A DNA stretch of 63,449 nt, filler included, from Olpidium bornovanus S191 (GCA_017911155.1; 30 parts of 30 records of this genome joined end to end with filler, not necessarily neighbours in it), one strand, 5' to 3'. Shown: positions 36,267-46,830, numbered from the whole stretch's first letter. The notes: a model not told the origin generated them from the sequence alone. Program-made: numbers and translations.

Positions 36267-37280
36267 TCCACCCCCCACCCGCCAAATTTTTAGTACCTCC
36301 GGTCGCTTTCCGTTTACCCCTCGTGGTGGATCCATTGTGGATTGATTATGCTACCAACCAGATCGTAGAGCAGATCGGTTTGAACGAAATACTTCTTACT
36401 GCGTCTGGTATAACTAAACTGGCGGCATTAAGGGGCATAAAAGGCGCGCCGCGGTCCGGCCGTCTCCCTGCCTTCCTCCCGAACAACTTGCCAGCCTACG
36501 GGCATGTCGTTTTTCTTAACTTTTTTTTTGGGCGCCTTGGGGCGGTGGCCTCGGCCTAACCCTTTTTGGTCGTCAGCCTTTCCTCTTTGGCTGCTCCGCC
36601 TCGGCCGGTGCCGGCATTGGTCGGGCAGCCGAGAAATAAAAAAAATCCACGCCGTTTCTTTTCACGACGACGCTCCGAAAAAAAAAAAAAAGGGGGGGGA
36701 CCGTTCTGCGTTCGAAAAGCGAATTGGTGGTTTTTTTTTTTTTTTTTTTTTTTTTTGCGTCCCGCCGTGCGCCCGGTTGGATATGTCAGCCCCATCTCGG
36801 AAACGGGGGAATTCGCCGAGAGCAGAAGGACTGATGCACCGCAAGCAAATTTTTTTTTTTTTTTTTTTCTCGAGCTTCCCGCAGAGCGTTTGGGGGGGCG
36901 TTTTTTTTTTTTTTGAGCTCGCCTCCGAGCGTGCGCGTGCTCTGTCACACACAAACCCCAGACTTCTGTCTCTCTTCTTCCTTGGGCACGTTACGTGACG
37001 CGGCGAACGGCGGCACAAAGCCGTCCGCACGTGCGGGGGGGAAGGGGGGGTGGTGGGGGAAAGGAGGGCAGAAGGTTGATGAGGGACGAGTAGGGAGGGA
37101 CCGGAGGGAGAGAGAGAGAGAGAGGGGAGAGAGAGCGGGGAGGAGAGCGAGAGAGAGAGAGAGAGTGAGAGAGAGAGAGACGGGGGAGGATGAAACCACA
37201 CGCAACCCAAAAAACCCCTTCTCTCCCTCCCCACCCGCAAACCCGCACAACCCCGCGGCACCCGCGCACGCCCGCGCAAC

Positions 37281-37343
<63 letters not shown>

Positions 37344-37480
37344 CCCCCCCCCGCCCCCCCCCCCCCCCCCCCCCCCCCCNNNNNNNNNNNNNNNNNNNNN
37401 NNNNNNNNNNNNNNNNNNNNNNNTTAATTAATTAANNNNNNNNNNNNNNNNNNNNNNNNNNNNNNNNNNNNNNNNNNNNA

Positions 37481-37670
37481 CATGGAGTTGCAACACCTGT
37501 ACGTCAGGGAATGCGTCTCAAAGCAGCTCATCAAAATCCAGCACGTCGCGTCGGCAGAGAATCTCGCCAACGACTTCACCAAGGGACTTCGCACCCCCGC
37601 ATTCCTCGCCTGGCGTGACCAAATAAACGTTCGAGAATCTCCCCACGCGCCGAGTCAAGGAAGGGGTTCC
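37481..37670 (+). mobile_element. Ty1/copia RNase H C-terminus followed by a purine tract
   Basis: LYVRECVSKQLIKIQHVASAENLANDFTKGLRTPAFLAWRDQINV matches the copia ..FVRE.V....I...YV....LAD.FTK.L...F...R..L.V pattern. GTCAAGGAAGGGG at about 37653-37665 is PPT-like. Confidence 0.82.
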
Positions 37671-37796
37671 CGCCAAGACGCCGAAGACGGCTGAAAGCCC
37701 AAGGCAACCGCCATATTTTTCTTTCTTTCTGTCTACCCATTCTTTCTTTTTCTCCTTCCGTGCAAGCTTCCTTTCCTTCTCCGACGACAGTTCAGC

Positions 37797-38420
37797 GTGA
37801 TGGGGGGTGTCGTACGTAGATATGGACGCTGGCTAGACAGAAAAACACAACGCCTGAAAAAAAACACACGAATCAAAAAAAATAAACAGAAAATCCTGTC
37901 ACCGCCCGAACCAAACCCCGTGGCTGTTTCAACAGATGAGGCATTGGCAGCACCAGCAGCAAAGCGGCAGCGTCTTCCACCAACGGAACCTACCGGAAAC
38001 AGCGAACCTGTGAAGCCATCACTTGTGGAGGCCAAACCTGTGGCTGAACCTGCAGTGGAGACCAAACATGTGAAAGCCAAACCTGTGACGACCAAACTTA
38101 AGAAGACTGTACCTGTGAAGACGGCTGAAGAAATTAAGGCTGAGTTACTGCCTGTGAGGAAGCCGGAAAAGAAAACAAAGTACCCCACAGGCATATCAGT
38201 GCATTTTGTTGGAATGCAAGGCAATCTTCCATCATGTGCAGCCTGCAAATTGGAGATTGGACGAGGCAACAGCAGAATCGTGCATTGATTTGCTAGTAAT
38301 CCAGCATGCGGATTTTACCAGGCCCTTTCATACCACGCAAAGGGCTCATGCCTGCAATGGATGACGCCTGAACAACGATTATCCTTACCATTAAAAATTG
38401 TTAGCACTTTCAAAACTTAG
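37797..38420 (+). pseudogene. Lys/Pro-rich ORF ending in a PARP-type zinc-finger-like motif interrupted by TGA
   Basis: SCAACKLEIGRGNSRIVH*FASNPACGFYQALSYHAKGSCL. The frame stays open after the TGA (38286-38288) until TAG at 38418-38420. Confidence 0.4.
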
Positions 38421-38840
38421 TAGTATCATACCACCTTTTTATCGGAAAAAATTGACGTGTGTAGACGTGTGACATGCGCCTTGTACATAGATTTATTTAT
38501 AGTCTTTTCTTGACACTCACGGATGAAAGCGAGTCACCACTTTTCGCCTCCCTTTTTTGCTTGAGTTCGTAGCCTTCGAGTTCGTGTGAATTGGTACGAA
38601 CTAAAATCTGTATACTCGCATTTTATTATTATTTTTTTTCTTTTTTGTATTTTCTTTTTCCGATTGCGACGTCGATGGTCAATTTGGGTGCGGTGTGTTT
38701 GCGTGATTTTTTGGCCAAGCGACGGATGCTGGGCCCGCCTTTTTTTCCCGCCCGCGCGCGCTCCCTTTCCCCTCACCTTTCTTTGTGTCATTCCGAGTTC
38801 CCGAAACTGTCCGGCGTAACAAACCGGAAACCAAGGCAAA

Positions 38841-38879
<39 letters not shown>

Positions 38880-39015
38880 AAAAAGGGGGGGGGGGGGGGA
38901 AAACAAAAAAAAAACNNNNNNNNNNNNNNNNNNNNNNNNNNNNNNNNNNNNNNNNNNNNTTAATTAATTAANNNNNNNNNNNNNNNNNNNNNNNNNNNNN
39001 NNNNNNNNNNNNNNN

Positions 39016-40100
39016 CATGGTCCCTTTTTTGTGCGGTCGGGGGGAGCCGCCGGCGATGTGTTTCTTGGTGTTGTTTACCTGGTGTTTTTTCGGCCACGAA
39101 ATTGTCTGTGAGAAACGGACGGCGAGGTCTTGCATACCTTTCAGCGTTTTTGGTTGTTTAATAATGCCGTCGATTTTGCCTCTAAACTCGTTGGGAAGTG
39201 CGGCCTTGTACGCCGTCAGCCACCTGTGTTCTTCTGCGTCGGGAATTGTTAGCAGTAAATTCGTGGACGTGTCGTTGAACGCATGAATAGATGAGTAGCG
39301 CGAAAATTCAAAGCGCATAAGTCGAGCATCTGCTCGTTCAACGTGCTGCGTCGGATAGAACCGCTCTTGGAGTGCTGTCCGAAGTTGTATCCACGAACGC
39401 CAGCGGTCTGGGCTTTCCGGTGCGTAAGTCCGGGCGTTGTGTATGTAGAGGTTGCCTGCGGAGCTGGTTAATTTGCCCGCGGCATGAACCATGAGAACGC
39501 GCTCCGAATCGCCGACATCTAGTGCCAGGTCAGGGTAGTCCTGGAACTTTTGGATGAATAATTCGAGCGCTGCTGCGCCGCCCGTCCCGTCGAACTTCGG
39601 TACGTCCTGAAGTAGTGGTTTAACCACTTCGTATTTTTGTTTATCTGTGTTCGAAATGGCGGAGGACGTAGACGCGGAAACGGAAGCGGAACCGGGAGAT
39701 CGCGGGCGGAGGAGTTCACCATCATTGTATGGCGACGGCAGGGAGTCTGCCGGTGTAGCCGGTGGCTGCTGTTGCTGCTGTTGGAGGAACGAGAGAACTT
39801 GGTCGAACTTGGTATGCAGGTCAGCCAGTTCACCCCTGTACGCGTCGCTTTCGGCGGCGCGCTCGGTACGTTCCCTTTCCAACTGTTCCTCACGCATGCG
39901 GAGTGCGCGTTCCCGTGCGTCTAGCATCTCGGAAAATGTTCAGCGCTGGCTTCTTACTTTTGTGTCTTCTCCGGCCTTCGGGACACTGGCGTGGGGGTTA
40001 GGGTTCTGCTGCGCTTCTGTACTTACCTTTCCTCCGGTAATTTCAGCTGTTACCCGTCCGGAGCTTTCCGAGTTTTGTGGCGGCGGGGTTCTGACCATCA
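39016..40100 (-). mobile_element. LTR-retrotransposon gag with in-frame TGA at 39940-39942, 3'-truncated
   Basis: VKPLLQDVPKFDG...AAGKLTSSAGNLY...WIQLRTALQERFYP...WLTAYKAALP. Paralog of the 2352 gag. The upstream ORF MVRTPPPQ... is in the same frame. Confidence 0.85.
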
Positions 40101-40158
40101 TTTTCTTGGCTTTGCGCTGTGGCTGGTTGGTTAGTCTAGACAATGGTCGTCAACGTTT

Positions 40159-40170
40159 GGGCTCATAACC
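40159..40170 (-). promoter_or_regulatory. Primer-binding site complementary to the anticodon arm of initiator tRNA-Met (half-tRNA priming type)
   Basis: Minus strand GGTTATGAGCCC is the reverse complement of GGGCUCAUAACC of fungal tRNAiMet. It lies directly after the LTR end ...TACA and upstream of gag. Confidence 0.88.
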
Positions 40171-40286
40171 TGTAGGTTATGGCTGCGGGGGATGGCAGTA
40201 CGTTTCCCTTTTTATTTTGGTTCTGCGTGTAGTTGCGAGAGGCAGGCGGGGGAGGCTACATACAAGTTCGGAATAGATCTACAACA
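40171..40286 (-). mobile_element. Short 5' LTR (116 bp)
   Basis: On the minus strand it starts TGTTG (40286), ends CTACA (40171) and contains AATAAA. It abuts the PBS. Confidence 0.75.
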
Positions 40287-41185
40287 TCAGGTGACGCAGT
40301 GCGGCAACCGGCTTCGGCGAGTAAGGGCGGTCACGACGAAGGCAAAACCAAAGGTCGCGACACCTGCGACATTGACGGCACACACGGCGCTGCGTTCAGC
40401 GAAGTGAACGGGTGTCTCGCTGTTTCGGTTGATGGCGTCTCCCAATTGACTAGATTGTTGCAATCGTTCTTCAGTGAAGTCGGGTGATGGAATTCAGAAA
40501 AGGGAAAAGTGGGGCTGGGGGAAGGGGAGGGAGGGCGAAGGCGTCCGAAAGGAGGGAACGCACGGCGTGGTGCAGGAATTCCATGTACCAGGTCCGGGGA
40601 TGCCTGCGGCATGATGCCCACGGGATGCGCGCTGCGTGCGTATTATGTTGTAGTCTTTGAAAATCAAGCAGTTTAATGCCACGGGGCCGACACGGGGCGA
40701 CAGGCGCTGAGGCGAAGGCGAAGTACAGAANNNNNNNNNNNNNNNNNNNNNNNNNNNNNNNNNNNNNNNNNNNNTTAATTAATTAANNNNNNNNNNNNNN
40801 NNNNNNNNNNNNNNNNNNNNNNNNNNNNNNGTCTGGTTCAAAAAGGACGACACTTTTTGCGTGAGAACGGTTGGCTGGGCGCTTGCTACGTCACGCAGGA
40901 AACCTTAATAATCCAGCCACGCCATTTGCCAGGTCCCGAAGGCAAACATGGCCGCCACGGCGCCCATCCACTGGCCCCCTACCCCCCCCCCCTCCCCTCC
41001 CCCCCTTTTGGCAAGCTGCCCGCGCCCGTCGCCACCGTTGAACCGGGTTTTCGATCGCCCGCAGGGGAAAAAAATCCGCACTTTAAGAGCAGGCCGCGCG
41101 TCCCGCCAGGTATGCCCTCGCTCCCCCGGGCTGCCTGCTTTTGCCCCTTCCCCCCCCCCCACTTTTCCCCCCTGCCCAAGCCGAC

Positions 41186-41770
41186 ATGATGCTGCGTCTC
41201 CGTCCCCTTGCCTTCCTGGCCGTCGTAGCCGTCACGCACGTCGCCGCGATCAAGGTCACAGTTTTTCGCGATGATGGCGGGCGTAAGTATCATCGCTTCC
41301 GCCCTGTCCGCAATTCTCTCCCCGCCTTCCACCTATTCCTCTACCACCACCACCCCCCCCCCCCCCCCTCCCCCCTTTCCCCCCCCCCCCCCCCCCCCCC
41401 CCCCCCGCGTTCCGCGACTCAGTTTTTAACTTTTGCGCGATTTCTTCCGTTGCGAACTGTTAAACAGGTTGGGACGCTGAGTCCGCAAATACTTGTGTGG
41501 ACCTTCCTGGAGAATTTGTGAACCAAGTGGTAACGCTCCTGCACTTAATCACTTGGCGGAAGCTGAACTCCTCCTTTGAAGTTCGCTTGGTTAATTTCAC
41601 ACCGTTTCCCCGCAGAGAGCTTACCGACGTCAAAACGACAAGTACGCAGTTACCCTTTGGGGCAATTACGACTGCACCGGCCCAAGTCGTTCGTTGGGCG
41701 CAGGCAACGACGTGGCTCTCGTGGATGAATCGCTCTTTCTTTCAGAGAGACCCAGGACGATGTCGAGTAG
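41186..41770 (+). CDS. Small secreted protein with beta/gamma-crystallin-like Greek-key motifs (spliced; 3' end uncertain)
   Basis: GT-AG joins give MMLRLRPLAFLAVVAVTHVAA-IKVTVFRDDGG|RWDAESANTCVDLPGEFVNQV|RAYRRQNDKYAVTLWGNYDCTGPSRSLGAG...PRTMSS. Confidence 0.55.
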
Positions 41771-42149
41771 GTTCACTACGCGTCTTTATACAGCGCGCCG
41801 GTGGGACTTCTCCGCTGATGGCCGTTATTGTGTTCGACGCTGCAGTATCAACGTGCAGCGAGCGGCTCCATTCCGTATGTCGCAACCTGTATCCTACCGT
41901 ATTGGCAGTGACAACCGTCCCTGTTGCAATCAGAGCCTGCTTTGGGAGCGATGAAGGCTCTCCCCGCAGTCTTTTCGCCGTGCTGGTCGGAGCGGTCGGC
42001 CTCGCGGCTCTGCACGGGGTGTGGAACAGCCGCTGCCGGGTACGCAAACGTCTCCCTATTTCACAAAAACAGGGTCCGGGTTGCGGGCTGCCCGCTAACA
42101 GCTGTTCAATACTTTGTCGGCTTCCCCTTGTCAGTTTTGCGCTGCTGTG

Positions 42150-42420
42150 CCTACACCAGGACAAACACACGAAGAAAGCGAGGATCGTTTGCAACGTCGC
42201 CACCTCCGGGTTGATGAGTACCTTCCCGAGATGCCCGCCGCCGAGGGCGAAACCTGCGACCTGGAACACGCCGTCTTCGCGAGGCTGGTCGACGAGGCCA
42301 GCGGCGGTTCGCTGGATGCTCGACGCCTCGAAAACCTGTTTTTCGACCTTCTGGGCGAGTACGGCATCCATTCAACGTGGGCGCCGGTCAAAGGCGTCTT
42401 CGGGAAGTGGATGGACATGA
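42150..42420 (+). CDS. Unassigned coding fragment
   Basis: Open, protein-like frame HLRVDEYLPEMPAAEGETCDLEHAVFARLVDEASGGSLDARRLENLFFDLLGEYG running into the contig end. No family recognised. Confidence 0.3.
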
Positions 42421-42520
42421 NNNNNNNNNNNNNNNNNNNNNNNNNNNNNNNNNNNNNNNNNNNNTTAATTAATTAANNNNNNNNNNNNNNNNNNNNNNNN
42501 NNNNNNNNNNNNNNNNNNNN

Positions 42521-43388
42521 CATGATTGGACCTCCATCCACTCAACTCTGCTTCAGTACCTGGGACCGAAGGCTGACGGATGGTAACAAGATGTGGACAG
42601 GCCTTCGTTTGCGGTGAGTATTTTTTTCCGTTTCGGGTGTCTAATTCCTTGACGTCTCGTTTTTCCCGCAGTACATACGCCGCTCAGCTTACCGTGCGCG
42701 GATGTCAGGACGACCAGTACTGGCTGCGCCACCGGCCCATGGCGCAGAAGCTGACTGCGCGCCTCGGATCCCCGAAATGGACCGCGCTGCAGGTCGACAC
42801 CAGGCCGCTGGACTCCACCGGTGGGGTGTGGTGCCTGTGCGGGGCTGTTTAAACTGCCATGGCTAAAAAGGACGCGAACAAATTTTTTTAATCCGGTGAC
42901 TTCCTGGGTCGCCCCCCCTCTTTTTTTTTCCAGGATTTCGGATACCGGAGCTCCTGCACTCGATGACGCTTGCGCATAACGGTTCCAGTTCTGCCGAGCT
43001 GATCAATGCAATCGCTCGATCGTCTCGAGAGAAATTTGAGAAGCGGGCGTTTCTACATTGGTACGTTGAGATGAGCAGGGTCCCGTTTTGCTTATTGGCC
43101 GTGCTCCCTCCCGACACCCCCCCCTCCCCATCTGTTGTGGGCGTCAGGACCGTCCCGCAACGTCGTGGATTGTACGACACCACCTGCTGGTATCTGCGGT
43201 ATCTGCGCAAAGTATTTAGATTACAACCGTCCGTCGCGCCGATCACATATTCGTCGGATTCTTTTTCCCGCCGACATAGGTACGAGAAGTACGGAGGGCC
43301 CGACATCACCGACGTTTTCTCTGAAGCCTTCGAAACTCTCGACACGGCGCTCGACTTTTATCGACAGTACTGCGGGTTGGAAACGTAG
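42521..43388 (+). CDS. C-terminal part of a centriolar tubulin, zeta-like (delta not excluded), spliced
   Basis: FSTWD...YAAQLTVRGCQDD...KLTARLGSPKW...VD|...SMTLAHNGSSSAELINAIARSSREKFEKRAFLHW|YEKYG...FSEAFETLDTALDFYRQY* gives tubulin helices H11-H12 (AF/YLHWY, FxEA) with no acidic tail. Confidence 0.75.
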
Positions 43389-44144
43389 AGCGCGCAAGCC
43401 TGCGGCTCTGACAGACAGATTCACCGTTGACGTGGTCGGCTGCCAACCTCCCCGCGCTGTCTTCTTCGCCGCCTGTTGAACCGCGGTCGTATTCTCGCAG
43501 ACTTTCAACTATGAATTTTGTTCAGCGCTGCACAAGCGCAGGTATAAGGGCTTGCTCGAGTCGGTGATGACGGGGGAGATCGCGATAGCTCTGCTCTATA
43601 AAACTTCTTGCGGGAGGTTGTCGTATCGTTCTTTTGATTTGTCGATGTTAGCGTAGAGGTAATGTAAGCGCTTACACGCTGCAGCGCAGATTGTCTAGGC
43701 GACGGTGGATGTCGCGATTTAGCTTAAAGTAGAGAGGAAAATAAAATTTTTTAGTCATCCGTCGTCTTACGCACGCTGCAGAGAACCGGGGACGGGGGTG
43801 TGCGTGTGCGTGTGCGTGTGCGTGTGCGTGTGCGTATGTGTGGAGGGGGGGAGGGGGACCATACTCCGGGAAAGTATAACGGGCGAATCTAGGGAAGGGC
43901 GGCAGAGGCCGCGAGATTTGGCAAACCTCCGGAAAAAAAAAAAATAAAATAAAATAAACGGCGCGATGAGAATGAGCTAAATAAAGACCGGCGCGGCGAG
44001 GTGTGTGAAGAACGACTGGCACAGCCAAGCTGCTTGCTGCATGCNNNNNNNNNNNNNNNNNNNNNNNNNNNNNNNNNNNNNNNNNNNNTTAATTAATTAA
44101 NNNNNNNNNNNNNNNNNNNNNNNNNNNNNNNNNNNNNNNNNNNN

Positions 44145-45233
44145 CATGCCATTTGCAAGGTGACCCCTTCGGCGGTCCATTTCGGGTGACTTTGCGCGCT
44201 TGCTCGCAAAGCCCATTCAGTTAAAAAAAAGCATTTTCTGTAGTCCGTCCCAATTGAACCGGGCGTGAAGGCCGGAAAGTCACGTAGTTGGGAACTGATT
44301 GTTGATTGTCTTCCTTTGATCACCCAGTCGATGTCAAAAAGGAACGAAAGTTTCTCGCAGCCGCAAAATCCCGGGGTGACAAGTACGACAGTGACGTTTG
44401 CCGGATTGCCGGCGTCCGGTCCCGCCAATTAATTTGGCTTCCGCGCGCCGCCGGCGCGTCGTTCGCGAATCCGACCGACACGGGTTCGACGCTGACTGAC
44501 GAGCTGATGACGCGCGCGAAAACCGGCGCGCGGTGTGGGGCGCGCGAAGGGGAAGGGGGGAAGCGGGCGCGCTGGGGAAAAAAGGGGGGGTGGCGCGGGT
44601 GATTGCACAGCTGTGCAAAAAAATAAAGCAAAAAATAAAAAAATCTGCCGCGGCGGAAACAGAGGGCACGCGCGCACACGCCCGAGCGTTCACACACCCG
44701 CCCCGCCCCGCCCCGCCCGCCAGCTCGTGGACTTCTGCTTGAGGAGAACCAGAGGAACATGCCGCCGAGGCGAGCCATCGCCGCGAGAAGAAGGCCCGGC
44801 GTCGCAGCCGGCACGGTCGCCGCCGGCACGGTCGCCGCCGGCACGGTCGCCGCCGGCACGGTCGCCGCCGGCACGGTCGCCGCCGGCACGGTCGCCGTTG
44901 GCACGGCCGGTGCGTGGACCTCTGCCGCGGCGCCCCCGTCCGTCGTTTTCCTTGTGTTTTCTTTTCCCTTGGAAGCCCGCGTTGAGCGTGAGAAGGCGGG
45001 GTCTGCGGACCCTCCCGCGCTGCGTCCGCCACAGCAGCCTCGGGAAGACCGGAAAGGCGGTTAGCGGGGAGGAGGGGCAAGAGTGAGGCTGGCAAAGGAC
45101 GATTCTTTTTTCTTTCACGCCTGACGCGCGGCTTCGTCGCCCTCGTGCGCCCGCCTCCGCGCGCCCCAGTATCGTGGTCAAGCGTGTCTGTCACGGTCGA
45201 GGAAGAATCGTCGTCTACCGGCGGGTCGGCCAC
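44145..45233 (-). CDS. Possible TDP1-like gene, N-terminal part (weak)
   Basis: Only the SFLFDIDWVIK segment resembles the TDP1 F/W-DVDWL motif. It is preceded by a low-complexity N-terminus starting MADPPVDDDSS. No HKD motif is visible before the contig end. Confidence 0.25.
44807..44908. repeat. 15-bp tandem repeat GCCGGCACGGTCGCC, 6 perfect copies plus 1 degenerate
   Basis: Directly visible. Confidence 0.95.
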
Positions 45234-45793
45234 CGTGTCCTCCGAACCAGAAACGAACCCCGTTGTCGCGGGTACTGGCGGGGCCTATATCGAACCCGCC
45301 GTGGAGATGACTCCTGAGAGACCTGCCTCGGGGAATGCCCCTTCAACTCCCGCCCTGGCCCACGTTCCAGCCGGAACTGCTGCAAAGGTTGAGGCGAAAC
45401 CGCATAAGAGAAAAAAGAAGGCAAAGCGCAATGAGGTGGGCCGGTCAAAACTTTGCTTTCGAACCGGCCCCCCGCCAAACGCCAACCGCTCCTTCCAGCT
45501 ACATCTGACGATCAGTCGTTGTTGTTCGACTTCATCTTTTTTGCTCCTTAGACCTTCAACAGGCACATTTACAGAGTGCTTAAAGAGGTTTGTCTGGCGT
45601 ATTCTGTATTTCGCGTTTCATTACGCATATATATCGCGCTTCGTTTGGCACTTCCAGGTGCACCCGGATGCCGGCGTTACCAATAGGACCATGNNNNNNN
45701 NNNNNNNNNNNNNNNNNNNNNNNNNNNNNNNNNNNNNTTAATTAATTAANNNNNNNNNNNNNNNNNNNNNNNNNNNNNNNNNNNNNNNNNNNN

Positions 45794-46205
45794 CCACCTG
45801 CGCCGCCTCCATCCGCTCGCCGCGCCGTCTACGCCGCCTGCCTCCACTCGACGCGCCATCTGCACCGCCTGCATCCGCTCACCGCGCCGCCTCCGCCGCC
45901 TTCGGCCGCCCGCCGCGCCACCTGCGCCACCTTCGTCCGCTCGCCGCGCCGTCTGCGCCGCCTGCCTCCGCTCGCCGCGCCGTCTCCGCCGCCCTTGGCC
46001 ACCTGCCGCGCCGCCTGCGCCGCCTCCAGCCGCCCAGCGCGCCATCTCCGCCGCCCTCGGCCACCTGCCGCGCCGCCTACGTCGCTTCCAGTCGCCCGCC
46101 GCGCCATCTCCGCCGCCCTCGGCCACCTGCCACGCCGCCTACGCCGCTTCCAGCTGCCCGCCGCGCCATCTCCGCCGCCCTCGGCCACCTGCCGCGCCGT
46201 CTCCG
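45794..46205. repeat. GC-rich degenerate tandem repeat (roughly 30-bp GCCGCGCCATCTCCGCCGCCCTCGGCCACCT-like units)
   Basis: Directly visible; many diverged copies. Confidence 0.8.
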
Positions 46206-46519
46206 CTGCGACACCATGGACCTTCCCAAGGACCTTTCCACTTTTTGAAGTCTAAATTCTTTTTGTGCCCATTGGGCATGAAGGGTTTGGGAGATGGGGG
46301 GGATGCGTGGTGGTGTAGTGCTTGCAGATCCGAAGCTTCTGTTAGACTGAAATTCTGTTGTGAGACATGTTGAATTGATGGGGGATGTGTTGGGTTGTTG
46401 TGTGGTGAAAAATAAAGGGAAAATGGGGATTCTAGCACCCTTTTTATACCCTTGGGAGCCCCCAAATTTCGATGTTTTGACCTCTGCAAATGCTTTGTCA
46501 TTTGTTTACATTTTCCAGA

Positions 46520-46830
46520 AAGTTCTGTCCTGCATTGGTTATTATACAGGATTATTATGTATTATACAGGTATTCTCCATGTGATGCCACGGCATGCTGC
46601 GACTTTTTGATTTGATTATATGATGTCATACCTCTCAAAAGTTATATCCCCTCCTAACTTATGGCCGGGAGGCTCTCCCGAGCCTATAACTTTAGAGGGG
46701 GAAGACTGTACAGTATAGCGATTTTGCCAACGATCCGACTGATGGTCAATCCATCACCGGCTACGCAATTTTTAATAACGCAAGTCTTATCGCTTGGAAA
46801 TCAGTTAAATAAGCATGTACAACACTCGGA
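46520..46830 (+). pseudogene. Ty1/copia RT-RNase H junction remnant
   Basis: FDYMMSYLSKVISPPNLW (end of RT) and YSDFANDPTDGQSITGYAIFNNASLIAWKSVK*ACTT (copia DSDWA.D..D.KS.SGY.F.....ISW.SKKQ). Contains stops and frameshifts. Confidence 0.75.

Noticed and set aside
15440-40000. Frequent in-frame TGA in element ORFs as evidence of UGA recoding
   Set aside because: Host genes in the same window terminate at TGA (bL28m, BRN1, PQ-loop, KIF9-like), so TGA is a normal stop.
41742-42371. 209-aa minus-strand ORF
   Set aside because: It is the antisense shadow of plus-strand coding sequence and has no recognisable motif. The same applies to most long ORFs opposite bL28m, the phosphatase, PPM1 and the RRM gene in this GC-rich DNA.
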